Shown here: one piece after another, positions 41,286-53,676 of the stretch
Layout: every line of letters begins with the position of its first letter
How positions within the stretch are numbered: the stretch's first letter is position 1
From: Azolla caroliniana
Taxonomy: Eukaryota; Plantae; Polypodiophyta
Direction: 5' to 3'
DNA length: 64,000 nucleotides
Assembly: GCA_043228905.1 (NCBI GenBank)
Contig: JBHGNT010000013.1
Location: forward strand, 19,592,001-19,656,000
Made by a program: the position numbers and the translations under genes
Notes under the pieces: generated by a model
Databases searched by the model: none
Seen by the model: only the letters and a program-made list of their open reading frames with translations
What the model was told of the DNA's origin: nothing

Positions 41286-42978
41286 TAGGGATCGACAATG
41301 GCTCGGCTCAAGCCTAAATCGTTTAGATAAATTGGCTTAGTGGCTCAACTCAGCTCACTTTAGGCTTGAGCTTACCTAAACGGTGTCGTGCCTTTCGGCT
41401 CCGGATCGTTGCGTGAGTCGGGTGGGAACCACAGAGGTCTTGGACTAGGAGAAAGAAGTTCGTGAGATAGAGATTAATTATGAGTAAATAGCAAAGAGAA
41501 AGATAAGAAACTCGTGAATCACACGAGTATACTATATTAATTGGTACTTAGGGTGTTAAGAGAGAAGTAGATGTATAAATCGTGAATCCCACGAATAATT
41601 TTTGTATTGATTAATACTTAATCCAAATAATCAACAACCCTTTATATATTTCTCTCCTCCTTATATAAGGAAGGAAGAGCTAAGCATGGCTTCATGCTTT
41701 TTTTTTACAAAAAGTGTTCATGTCCACTAAATGTGCATGTGATGCTTTTTTATTTCCTAAGTATAGGGTTCATGCACGCTAGATGTGCATGAGTTATTTT
41801 TAGTGTCTCGTGTTTTTTTCTTTTTCATATATTAAAAAAATACACGATTTACCTTTTAATAAAGGTATGCATAAATAAAGGTCTTATACGTATTAAATCT
41901 ATATTTAAAACACTTAAGATAAGTTAATGTAATGGTAAGGTTGGGGTTTGTCAACGTGGAGGTGTAGAGTTTGAATCACGCCCTGCGTAGTAGTGAGTAT
42001 TTCCTTTTTTTTTACATTTATGTCTCTTTATCCGGCTCTTCCTTGCCGGTATGCCGTTTTCTTCCTTGCTGGTATGCCGTTTTCCTCCTTGCCGGTATGC
42101 CGTTTTCTTCCGGTTCTCACCGAGCACTCCATTCTCTATCCGGAGGGACAAAAATATAATTTCCACATAGTGTGCAACCTACACTACGACAACGGTTTGA
42201 GCTTGGCTTGAGCCTTGCCAAACCGGCTCAAACTGTTTAAGCTAGTTAAGACATCTAAGCCGTTTAATAATTAGGGTTTAGAAAGTTAGAAATTAGACAA
42301 TGACAAGTTAGAGAGAGACTGATAAGAAGCTATAGGCAACAAATTGTTGCGTGACGAGAGAGGGAGGGACAGAGAAGGAGAGGGAGCCTGCATAGTGGAC
42401 CTCCTCCTTGATGTTATATACATTCTTTCTATACATATAGGTGAAATTTTAGTTCCAAATTCTCTCTTGAGTTTGACCTAGAACCTAGGACGTGGCAAGC
42501 TTGACTTGAAGGTGGTCGAGAGATGGGCAATAGCAATCAAGACTGGACATATTGAGGTTCGGAAAGGGTCGAGCGGTAGCAATCTACAAAGGAAGATGAG
42601 GATGGGGGTGAGGGGGCATGTCAATTGTGGAGAAGGATTGGGTCACCGAGAGTGAGAGGTCGCCATAGCCTCAATGCTCATGGTTTGAGTGGTGGTAGGA
42701 AGGGGATTCATGGATGTCAACTGACCAATCGTAGTAGTCTACGGAGAGGGAGTTGTGGAGGTGGGCCTTGGAGTTGAATTCTTCACACCTCGAAAGCTTT
42801 TTCGTCCGAAACCGGCTCACAAACAGGTTCCTAAACCATGTCACAAACCAGTTTAGGCCAAACTAGTTTAGCCTTTAGGGATCGGTTTGGTTCAGGTTTG
42901 AGAACCCCAAAATGGTTTAGGCTTAACCGGTTTGGCTTGGATCCGGTTAAGCCAAAACCGAACCGTTGCCGATTCCTA
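41286..42978. mobile_element. Non-autonomous hAT element, same family as 1355-1602
   Basis: Ends TAGGGATCGACAATGGCTCGG...CCGAACCGTTGCCGATTCCTA. 8-bp TSD TGTGCGAG/TGTGTGAG. Confidence 0.82.
41384..42191. mobile_element. Solo-LTR-like insertion nested in the hAT element
   Basis: Ends TGTCGT...ACGACA with an ACGG duplication on both sides. hAT-type AACCG-rich sequence resumes after it. Confidence 0.6.
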
Positions 42979-42986
42979 TGTGTGAG

Positions 42987-43514
42987 GTAGAAGGAACACA
43001 AACAAAAGGCGAAAGTGGATATACACGCCCTTATTGATTCAAGACTGTCTACAGTGGGACAGTGCTTGGTACAAGTTAGCTCTTCTAAAACGATTCATAT
43101 AAAATCACTAGAGCTGAAGCTCCGGTCAAGGGCCATCCGCCATAAGAATAATTGGGAAAAGTTCGAGTAGACCTGAGGGATTCTCTAAAGGAAAGGCTTC
43201 ATGACAGGATGATAGATAAAGGTACATTCCAATCCATACAGAGACATATGGCGTATAGCATTAGGCAAACACAACCTGACGCTATTTAACATATGTGCTA
43301 TCCCCCTCTGAGTAGTATAACCAGTCATTCCAGAGAAGTTGTTGATTTAGCCACTTCTAGTGTCTACCTATCAGGTGTTTTCTTTATTTTAGGTTTCATT
43401 AATTTTATAACCATTATCCTTAACACGCGCGGACCCGGAATGACCATGCATAGATTATCCCTATCCGTTTGGTTCGTTTTACCACTTGCTCTTGTACCGG
43501 TGGGTGCAATTACA
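42987..43514 (+). pseudogene. cox1: NUMT: 3' part of a mitochondrial group I intron plus an unedited cox1 exon fragment
   Basis: From 43298 it translates [58 protein letters not shown] (cox1 consensus [61 protein letters not shown]). The upstream DNA ends in G at the V|Y insertion point and contains the S-like element AAGGTACATTCC. Confidence 0.88.
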
Positions 43515-44522
43515 AAGATAAGCTTACATGACAATAACCAATTCAGTGATTAATATTAAAACCTTTGCTTCCTTGACAATAAAAACTTGCTCCACAATAT
43601 AAAAAACTCTTCCACAAGACCTAGAAGTCTGGCTTGGAGACAACTATGTCCAAGGTTAATGAATTTCCCAAATACTCACTATGTTCTTGGAATAAATTAT
43701 ATAGTTTCATTATAATTGTGTTGCTATTTGACACCAACTACCTACCTAAGAAATCTTGAAAATCTCGTACCCATAACTTTTCCGTCTTTATCACCTTCAA
43801 ATGATGGACAAAACATCAATCTAGACTCACAACATTAAGAAACCTCACTATCAATGCCATTTTATTTTGACATTATTGACACTAATGTCACTTTCAAAAT
43901 CTCAATGATTGGCAATTGGCATACATCAAGAAAATTAGAATGTTCATTGTCTAAGACTTGTACATCAATTAATATGTTGCGAAAATCAAAATCTTAATTA
44001 ATGATCTTCGACCTAAGCATCAAAGTGAAGAACAAGCAAAACCTCAAATAGACGTCAACACGATTTAGATGCTTTTGATCAATGTCAACCTACTACATAA
44101 GTCGGACAATAGTTTGCACCATCAAGAGAACTCTATCATGATCAATGTCATACAAAATCCAATGAATGAAGGTCATCAACTTCATGAGCATAATAGTTAA
44201 CACGTTCGCGTTCACAAGTGGAAGGATTACACATTCCACTTTTAGATTCCCTTTATGGTAGTACAAATTTAGTCTATTGTGAAATATTGGGTGCACCAGT
44301 ATCACATGATCAACAAACTATGTAGAATTTGCTAAATTATTAATATGTAACAACTCTCTAAATAGAGAACATGTACTCTTTAGGAGAAATTTAAAGTCGA
44401 TGATCTCCACTTCCGCAATGTTTTTAAATTTAAGAATATCACAATTGCGGTCTCATTTGACACAAGTTAATTATTTGAAACAATCTTAATAAACTGGAAA
44501 TTCTTTTTGCAAGTTGCAGTGT

Positions 44523-46236
44523 TAATTATTTGAAACAATCTTAATAAACTGGAAATTCAAGGGGTTTTCTGCTTGGTAGTCGTCCTCGGTTGAATTGGGC
44601 TTCTATGGATGCATCAATAGCAGGTAATGTTCAATCATGGGGATGTTATGTTATGAATCAACAGTTACAACCTTTGTCGAGGCCTTCAGTTCGAGGAAGT
44701 GCTATTATGTGCGATAATGTGCAAGTGGCATTGGGACAATTTATGGCTTCATGGTCCCCATCTAGCAATCAGATTTGGTTTGGTTATTTCTCTCCTTTAA
44801 AAGTGATTTTAGGAGCTAAAGTAATTAACACTACAAGTGATGTAATATACTTTAATGTGGATGATGATGGTAGGTTGTGGCATGTATTTTCTGAATCAGA
44901 TGTGTGGATATCCGCCAATGTTTCAGCGATTCGAGTAGTTGCAAGATCTGGAAAAAAATGGTTCTTGGATCCGCCCTTTCAAGAATGCTTATGGTGTTGT
45001 TTGTTGTGGGTTTTTCAAAAAAAGCCGCTTTATAATTTGGATTGGGATCTAGCTGATTATCAATGGAAAAAACCGAATGCTAGTGGAAATGGTAAACACT
45101 TAGAGTTTTTTCAGTATTCAGTTAAGCTAGGTAGAACTTTATTATTGCAATCAAAGTATAAATGCCCGGCTGCCATGAAGCATTGGACTGCAAATAATGT
45201 GAATGAATTACAACTTATAAAATTTTGGACATGGTTGTGGAGTATGCAGTTGCCGAAAAAAGTGATTTGTTTTTGTTGGTTGTTGATGCATTATGCTCTT
45301 CCTGTTGGTGATTGGTTGAGGCAAAATCAGCAATATGCTTATGGAATGCATTGTGGTGCATCTACGGAATCTATTTTGCATTTGTTTTGGTTATGTCCCA
45401 AAATCAAGCAATTCTGGAGTAAGTTGTTTTTATTACTGAGACACCATTATGCTTGTTCTACTTTCTCGTGGGGTGCAATATTATGGGGTGTTCTTCATGG
45501 AGATGTTATGAAGTACGAAAGTATGCATGTTGCTCATGTTTTTCACTTTTCCAATGGGTACATCTATCTCACTTCATTTCCATCTTTTATTCCATGGTTT
45601 AGAACTGAAAATCTGGTTATTTGGCGTACTATTATGTCACTAGCTTTGTGGACAATATGGAAAATGAGATGCGAGGCTATTTTTAATAATGCTCAGATAC
45701 ATCTCGGTAATATGCTTATTGAATTCTGGTGGTTATTTGTCCAGACCATCTTTTATTCCACGGTTTAGAATTGAAAATCTGGTTATTTAGCGTACTATTA
45801 TGTCACTAGCTCTGTGGACAATATGGAAAATGAGATGCGAGGTTGTTTTTAATAATGCTCACATACATCTCGGTAATATGCTTATTGAATTCTGGTGGTT
45901 ATTTGTCCAGACCATATGTGGACAATATGATGATCTGCAGGGTTCATCCGATGCTCAAAGGCAACGTCAAGTGGACTTTAAGAAACGGTGGCGAGGGCTT
46001 CACTTATTTTCAGATACGTCTTCTGGTATGAACTGGAATTATGCCATACCTCCTTTTTTATTGCATAGCTTGTAGATTGTGCTCCATTTGTTCCTTATAT
46101 GATATCATCTGTTTCATTAGATGTTGGTAGTAGCTTTTGTATTACAATAGAGGTGAGATGAAATGTCTCCTTTTGTCTTCTATATGTACATTTCTCAAGT
46201 AATATACTAAGGTGTATCTTTCTTGAAAAAAAAAAA
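44523..46236 (+). mobile_element. 5'-truncated L1-type LINE (zf-RVT region) nested in the large transposon
   Basis: ORF 44590-45768 has FWTWLWSMQLPKKVICFCWLL...CGASTESILHLFWLCP and LWTIWKMRC. Poly(A) at 46226-46236. 12-bp TSD AAGTTGCAGTGT (44511-44522 and 46235-46246). Internal ~165-bp tandem duplication near 45590-45913. Confidence 0.9.
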
Positions 46237-47183
46237 GTTGCAGTGTGAAAGTTCTTATTCTAGTTTATCTATCCCGGAGAGGTGTATATGCTAGACAAGG
46301 AAGTGATATGTAGATATTATTGATTACAATTGATTCAAATTAATCCTTAATGGATCTTGTAGGATATAATACCAAAGGTATATGTTCTTGAGAACCCAAG
46401 CAAATTATACATATAAATAGCACTAAGAAATATTCGTTTTGATTGTGTTTATCATAAAATACATACACTCAAACACATATGACAACTATTCAGCCATATA
46501 CATGCTAAATAATTGGGTGCCAAAATAGAGACAACATTCAATTGTCAACGGTGAACCATACATTAAAATGTGTATAAGAAGAGACACACATAAACCTTGA
46601 AGAAAGAGGTCACACACATATGTACCAAGGAGTACTCATGATCTTTGGAGAACATCCATCAATAGCTATACATACTTTCGAATGAGAGCACCTTCAGCCA
46701 TGGACACATGACTGTTAATGTATATTTCAATCCAACTATTGGCGATACTTCAAAGTGTCTATAAAAGTAGATTTCAATTCAAAATGTGATTGATAGTAAA
46801 CAAAATAGGTTTAGGGTCTATAAAGCCAATTGGTGGATAAATATGAAGTAATGTTTACTTGATGAATATAGAATAAATTTTTGGTGGATGCATATAGATC
46901 GTGCAATAAAGGATGAATATAGATTCAATTGGATTCATGCTATAAAGAATGACTATAGACCAAAACATAATCTACAAATAATAATATGTATGTGCAACAA
47001 TTTTTAAACACATCAACCAAATAATTCAAACATTAACACCATATAAAACAAATAATTGGAACATTACCACAAACATATTTGATTAAAAGATAGAACCTCT
47101 AAAAAAGAAAAAGAAAAAGAAAAGATTAAAAGCAAAATGTTGGTCACAACTACATCAATTGTAACTAGATGAAAATTATCAAT

Positions 47184-49943
47184 TTACATAGCTATGAGGG
47201 TATCTACATCATTATCTTCGTCTTCCTTGGGTGAACTATCCTCGATATTTTGTGCACTAGTATCCACTCCAGATAGATTGGCTACTATGGGATCCTCCAA
47301 TATCTCATCTTCAAGGTCTATAAGCTCCCTAGGTTCACTGGCCAAAGGAGGGATGGGTTCACGGGAGGCAGGCTGAAAACATTCTGTATTTGCTATATGC
47401 TTAGCACCTACTTCCTCGTCTTGATTAAGGCATTCCCACAGTACTCTAAGCCTCATATTTATGAAGTTCACCTGCTCCTCATCCTTCTCCAATGCAATAG
47501 AATTGCAGAAAAGTTTCAACACACACACAAATGTAGTACCTAAAATCGATTTAAAAATAAGAATAATTCACATAATAGTTCAATAGTATAATTTGTTTCA
47601 TCAAGCAATTGGGACAATGAATTGAAAACATACCCAAGACAAAAAATAGATTTAATATCCAATCATCTTCGTTAGAGAACATCTCTACAAGGCGCATCAT
47701 TAGTTGTTGAGGCTTCTTATAGGGATTGACAAGTCCGTGCTCAGTCGTCATGACATGTCGCAGTTTACACGTGATTGATGGGTACACCAGCAGATTTGAG
47801 GATCCCACCTCATTCCGAGTGCTCCTTTATTCTTTGGTTTTTGATCTCGTCATAATAACCAACGGTTATATATTCCATCGCGTTCACAAACTGAAAAGTC
47901 GGTTCTCTATTTACATTGGTTTTAATCTTGTTAATGGAAAAAGGAAGTTATTAGAAGACAATAATTGTTCTAGATGTTTTATATAAGAATATTATAAAAT
48001 CATATTTTGAATTCCTTACAAGCACTCAATAGATCCTTACCAAGCAAGGTTCTCTATTCCATGGCAACAAGACCTCAACGCTTGAGCCACAGAATATCCC
48101 TGGTCCAGGCTATGAAATATAACTATTCTCCACATGGACGCGGTGGTCAAGTTAGCATAATCTTCAACCATATTCTCTAACGCATATGGAATATTTACTA
48201 TTAATAATGTGTACTCCTTCTTGGGCAGCTTCTGGTTCATACCAGCCACATCACTGCAATAAACATTATAATACAAATCTCTTGTGATGTCTTTCTTGAC
48301 AGTGGTTGAACTTCTTGAAGGTGCCATCTTCATCCACATTAAATGCTTTCACCACGCAATTGTCCTTTTCTTTTCGAGCCCTTTCAAGATGTGCAAGAAA
48401 GGAGGTTGGGGAATCATGAATATCTTTAACATCACTGGGTCTCTTACCTCGACATGGTTTCTCAATGAAACAACACAAAAACAAAGAAATTGTTAATACC
48501 TTAGATATTTGCTAAAGAGACTGTCAAATTAAAGAGAAATACTAACACAAGATCCTTAAATGCAATGAAATGTTCCGATAGCACCTTGTAAGAAGATGTT
48601 ATCGGATATTCCTCAGTCACTTGTTCCCACGATAAGCAACCAAGTTGCTTCATCATCACTTTTTGTATTTTCATATACTCCATAGGGATAGCTTCATGTC
48701 ATCTCCCACTTCCTCTATCATTAGTTCAATCTTTTTGGTGGCGTTGCTCTTGAACACAAGTTGTGGGTCCACTTTCGATTATTTTTTGTTCTGACCCTTC
48801 ACTTCCTTATTTTCCCACATGGTAAAAATCTGGTCTTGTAGATCCCAGACTTCACAATCCCTAAAGGTCAACTGAAACCACAACTCGTACTTTCGAATTC
48901 CATCCAACTTCACTGCATCATCCACCACTATCCTACTTTGTGAAGACACTGACGTTGAAGAGCAGGATATAACTTTGCTCCATATTTTTGCTTCACATGA
49001 AGGTACTCATGGTGGAAAAATTTGATGCACTCAATCGATGACATCTTCTGCTGGTAGTCATTGTCATTGTTATGGTCCCATGCTAACGACTTAGCCTCTT
49101 CTGTTGTTAGCCCCATGTATATTTTACATTCTGCATATTTAATAAAGAATGTAATGGGATGTTCTCGAACTAGCTGCCTTCTCGCTTCTACCGAGTGTGA
49201 TCTCCCAATTACAAAATAGTTGTATTGATCATGTTTCCTTACATCAAACTCTTTTAAGGATGAAAACTCATCAAGATCAACCATTACAATGAAAGACACA
49301 ACAATAGCATGGGGATTTTTCTTCATTTTTTTCTTCAAAATTTGGATGTGGAGTTTATGAGGTTCTCTTATCTCCAACGGTCGACATCCAATCTTCTCAT
49401 CGGCAGGTGGCCGATGGATGTGAGTGATCAGGAGATTAAACACCTGACCCTTCCGTACAAGCTTCCTGTAAATCATTTACCTTCGTATTTTATTCTATTC
49501 CGAAGGCAGCACACCAGAAGCCAGCTCTGCCCCTGGTGTTGTCCAAGCTTCTTCATCATCTGTGGCACTTGATGACTCTATCTTGGTAGGCCTTGATTGT
49601 GTGGCAATCTTTTTGGGTGCTACCTTTATGGGAGATGGTGAGGCCTTCTTCAATGTTACATGACCCTGAATGTATGACCTTAGTATAGTGATTAAGACTT
49701 TGTTTGTTGTCTCAATGGCAATTTTAAAAGATTCCTGACCGCATGAATCTTTGACCAAGTAATCTTTAGAGACAAACATCTTCCGAACTCCCTTTGAGTA
49801 GTCCACCAGAATAATAAGATTTTGGGAGTCGGGGTCTTCATAGTCTAGCCTTAAGATTTTGGGAGTACTACCTTCTTATGAGAGTCGACATACTGCATTG
49901 CCCACTCCTTTTCTGAAAGGGTTTCCCCTCCTACTACAACCAT
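47184..49943 (-). pseudogene. Spliced ParB-like domain + beta-class N6-adenine/N4-cytosine DNA methyltransferase fusion (decayed)
   Basis: ParB-like part: YFVIGRSHSVEARRQL...IYMGLTTEEAKSLAWDHN (48928-49476). MTase motif IV: YTLLIVNIPY (NIPY at 48185-48196). After the intron at 47928-48040: WIKTN...FVNAMEYITVGY, then NPYKKPQQLMMRLVEMFSNEDDWILNLFFVLG. After the intron at 47540-47633: TTFVCVLKLFCNSIALEKDEEQVNFINMRL. A further intron lies at ~48461-48548. Frameshifts and stops are present. Confidence 0.85.
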
Positions 49944-50433
49944 AGTTGCCTTCTGACTCACCTCGTTAAGAAGGCTGCCTAATAATATCATCAACAAATA
50001 ATAATTTTTTCCCTTTCTGGGGATAAGTGAGGAGAGTGATCTTGTTGGACTCTAGGGGCGAGCTTTGATATTTTATTCGGATTTTTTAAATTGGTCTCTC
50101 ATCCTTGGGATCAATGGACCTAATATGAGACGAATAGAATTATCAATGTAACTATAAGCTTCAAATTTTTACGGGGGACTTCAAATTTGATAAAAAGGGG
50201 CAAATAGTCAAAAAAGGTCATAAAAGTGACACTTTAACCTCTTCTATGAATCACAACCATATCTAAAATCATGAAATTTTGAGCTCCAAAGTTTCTATTT
50301 GCATTAGTTTAGGGTGCCTATTTTTAGAGTTTTTTCCTGTTACATTTGTTTTGTGAGCCTATATTTAGTGTCTTTTCCTTCTAACATAGAACTAAATTGA
50401 ACACATCCTCTCATTTTGAATTAACAAGGTTCA

Positions 50434-50672
50434 AACTCGATACAATGTATCGAGTTGGATTCCAAACTCGATACGTTGAATCGAGTTGAGGCCCCGATGA
50501 GCCCAAACTCGATACAATGTATCGAGTTATGGCTTATTGTGGCCTCAACTCGGTACATTGTATCAAGTTATGGCTCCTCGGGGCCCCAACTCGATACATT
50601 GTAGCGAGATGGAGTCCCATCTCAATACATTTTATTGAGTTGGGACCCCAACTTGATTCATTGTATCAAGTT
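50434..50672. repeat. Array of seven 23-bp palindromes AACTCGATACAnTGTATCGAGTT
   Basis: Copies start at 50434, 50465, 50506, 50547, 50588, 50619 and 50650 (periods 31, 41, 41, 41, 31, 31). Copies 1 and 3 are perfect. Confidence 0.95.
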
Positions 50673-51161
50673 GGAACGGGGTTTAAAAATCATATTTCCG
50701 TACAGTTTAGGGTTTAGGGTTACTTGGAGTCAGACTTGGATGTCTTTTTGCTCGACATGTTGAGTTGGAGGCTAAGTACGCGTGTGTCGGTGTCGTTTGT
50801 GTTTAGTTTTCGTCTAGTGCTCTTTGATCGCTCATGTGCAAGTGAGAAAAAAAAGGAAGTAAGTAGGGTTAGTTAAGGCTAATTAAAGTTCGTTTTCTTT
50901 ATTTATTTATTACTATTCATTAATTCTTAAAGTACATGTACTTGTCGTTACATAAATACAAGAAAATATGTGCATCCATGATTGTGAGGTTTTTTATATG
51001 CATGTGGGTTAAGAAGGATCAATGTGCACTAAATTAGGTGCAAGAATTTATGTGCACGTGGGTTAAGAAGGATGAATGTGCAAGAATTTATGTGCACATG
51101 TATAAATAGATATAAGTACCTTTATACTTATTAATACTTACATATTAATAGATATTAGTAC

Positions 51162-51479
51162 CAGGGCAGGACTTTGACGGGTGTCATGCCCGTCAAAGGC
51201 CATTTTGCCCGTCAAAAACATACACCTACTAAAAATGTCCGTCAAGTGACATATAAAGTATAAAATTTTCCTTTTCATGTGAAAGGCCCCTTAAAATTAT
51301 ACATGTCAAATGACATGCTAAAATTTTATTTTCTATGTCATTATTCATATATATTATATATATATACCACATATTGTCATATAAAATTTAAATATATGTA
51401 CTATCAAGTATCATACTATCATCTATGTAGTATCAAGATTCAATTTGACTATATAGTATGAAGTGTGTAATATACTAAA

Positions 51480-51517
<38 letters not shown>

Positions 51518-53676
51518 ACACGCTTAAAATAATATCATATAAATTGTAATGATGAATCCTCAAATCAATTTAAATTTTAAACAATAACCTTGGTGCTTTA
51601 TTAAATACTCTAAAAAATACTAGAGTGTAGACTAGTCACTCTAGGTTTGATTTTAAGTTTTCTTAAAGTAAATGTTTTACTAACCTACTTTTTTATACAT
51701 ACTTATTACTTATTACTGTGCTTTATTAAAAAATTAGGGTTAGTAATAACTTTTTAGTATAGGAAAAAGGTGAGTACTTACTACTTACTACTTACTGTTA
51801 GGTAACAAGTTATTTTTCAACTTAAAAATGATTGATTTTATGTAGCCTTTTGTGCAGCAGGAATAGAACAAAGAAAGACATCCTTCAACCTTCAACATTT
51901 TTTAACTACAGTTTAAAAATGTAAGTTACCATGATCATCTATCATATTATGTTCATTTAGCAAGTTATTATATTGTTTTTGTATTACCTTAATACCTCTA
52001 AAAATAAACTAAAAGTATTTCATTTCAATAAGGTTTGATTTTAAGTTTTTTTAAACTAAATGTTTTACTAACCTATTGTTTTATACATACTTATTACGTT
52101 TTACTATGCTTTATTAAAAAATTAGGGTTAATAATAACTTATTAGTATAGGAAAATGTGAGTACTTACTATTAGGTAGCAAGCTATTGTTCCAATTAAAA
52201 ATTATTGATTCTATATAGCCTTTTTGTGCAGTGGGAATAGAACAAAAACAGCCTTCAACCTTCAACATTTTTTAACTACATTTTAAAAATGTAAGTTACC
52301 ATGAATATCTATCATATTATGTTCATTTAACAAGTTATTATACAATATTGTTTTTGTATTACCTTAATACCTAAACAATAACTTCAATGTCTCTATTATA
52401 GTGAAATGAAATACTTTTAGTACATTTTTAGATGTCTATTATTTAAATAATTTCAGGGGGAAAACAAAGAACCAAGCACAACAACATTCTATTAAGACTA
52501 TGTTTTGCAAGGCAACACATGTTAATGATGCTCCAAATAATGAGCACGAGGTGGTTACAAACACAAATGAGTCGAGATCTTCTTATAACAAACAAAAAAG
52601 AAAGTGGAGAAACCAATGGACTTTGCTTCACCCATGGGCATATGTGACAAAGTCCCTATTAGGTGATGATATAATCAAATGCATGTGGTGTGAAGATGCA
52701 AGAAAGAACAATGTATTTGCGGATGGTGGATCTCAAAGCATGCAAATGTCTTCATTGAATGAACATGCAAAGTCATCCGATCATGTGATAGCAAGTGCCA
52801 TGTATAATGCAAAAAGACAAAAGGAAAATGCAAATGTGAAAGGCCCAATGGATGACAAAATTTCAGAAATCATGCATTTAGAATATGAGAGGATACTTTT
52901 ATGCATGAAGTTGGTTCATTTTCATGCTTGCAATGATATTCCATTAGAGAAATATGTAAAACAATGTATGTTACAAAGAGAACTTGGTACTCCAAACGCC
53001 CCTGCCTCAAAAGAATATGGTGCTTATGCTAATGCTAAATCTGCAAGAGAATTCTTAATGGCCATTAAGAACCACACAAGGAAACTCTTGTATGATGAAA
53101 TTCGTGGAAGTCCATTTTTCTCCATCTTGATTGATGAAAGCACTGATCGTACATTGGAAAAACACCTCATTATCTATGTATTGTACTTAAGTGAAGGTGG
53201 CAAAGGGGAGCAACATTGTAAATTTGCGCGACTTCTTCCGGTGGAAAATGTGAAAGCTGAAGGTATCTACAAGTCTATCAATGAATTCATTTTGGAGAGC
53301 AATTTAGATTTAAAAAAACTTGAAGCTTATTGTATCCACTTTGCAAGAATGAATTATGATTATGGATACATATATAGTTTGTACTTTGGCTTAAAAAACA
53401 TTAACACTTTTTTGGTAAAAAAAAAACATTAACACGATATTTATTTTCTGTATTTCATTATCTTTGCGAGGTAGTTGTGTCTATTTGTGTACCTTCTATA
53501 GTAATAAAATGTATAATAATGAAGCATCATATAGAGCTTTTCATTATAAGAAATTTGTATGTCAAATGACATGTTAATTTTTGCACTCTTACGTCATATG
53601 ACATACATCTTTAAAAAATGCCCGTCAAAAAACTTTAAGACTAACCCGTCAAATTCAAAAAACTTTAAGACTAACC
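51162..53676 (+). mobile_element. Internally deleted hAT element nested in the large transposon; right TIR lost
   Basis: Starts CAGGGCAGGACTTTGACGGG after ATTAGTAC. CCCGTCAA subterminal motifs occur at both ends. Internal ~385-bp duplication (~51644 and ~52031). TTAGTAC reappears at 53732. Confidence 0.8.
52500..53432 (+). pseudogene. Truncated hAT transposase (ZNF862-like, TTF-type Zn finger plus first catalytic Asp)
   Basis: WTLLHPW..IKCMWC..SLNEHAKSSDH and FFSILIDESTDRTLEKHLIIYV. Similarity ends near 53320 with no hATC dimerisation domain. Confidence 0.85.

Noticed and set aside
46560-46770. Possible extra minus-strand exon inside the large transposon
   Set aside because: A splice-like boundary is present but there is no open frame or recognisable motif.
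47184-49943. Bacterial contamination or prophage as the source of the ParB-MTase
   Set aside because: The gene has spliceosomal introns, lies inside TIRs with a TSD and sits among nested plant TEs contiguous with plant genes.
50434-50672. CRISPR array interpretation of the palindromic repeats
   Set aside because: Spacers are only 8 or 18 bp and partly similar to each other, there are no cas genes, and the context is a eukaryotic transposon.
50705-50721. TTTAGGG repeats as an interstitial telomere
   Set aside because: Only about two units, a common telobox-like motif in these repeats.
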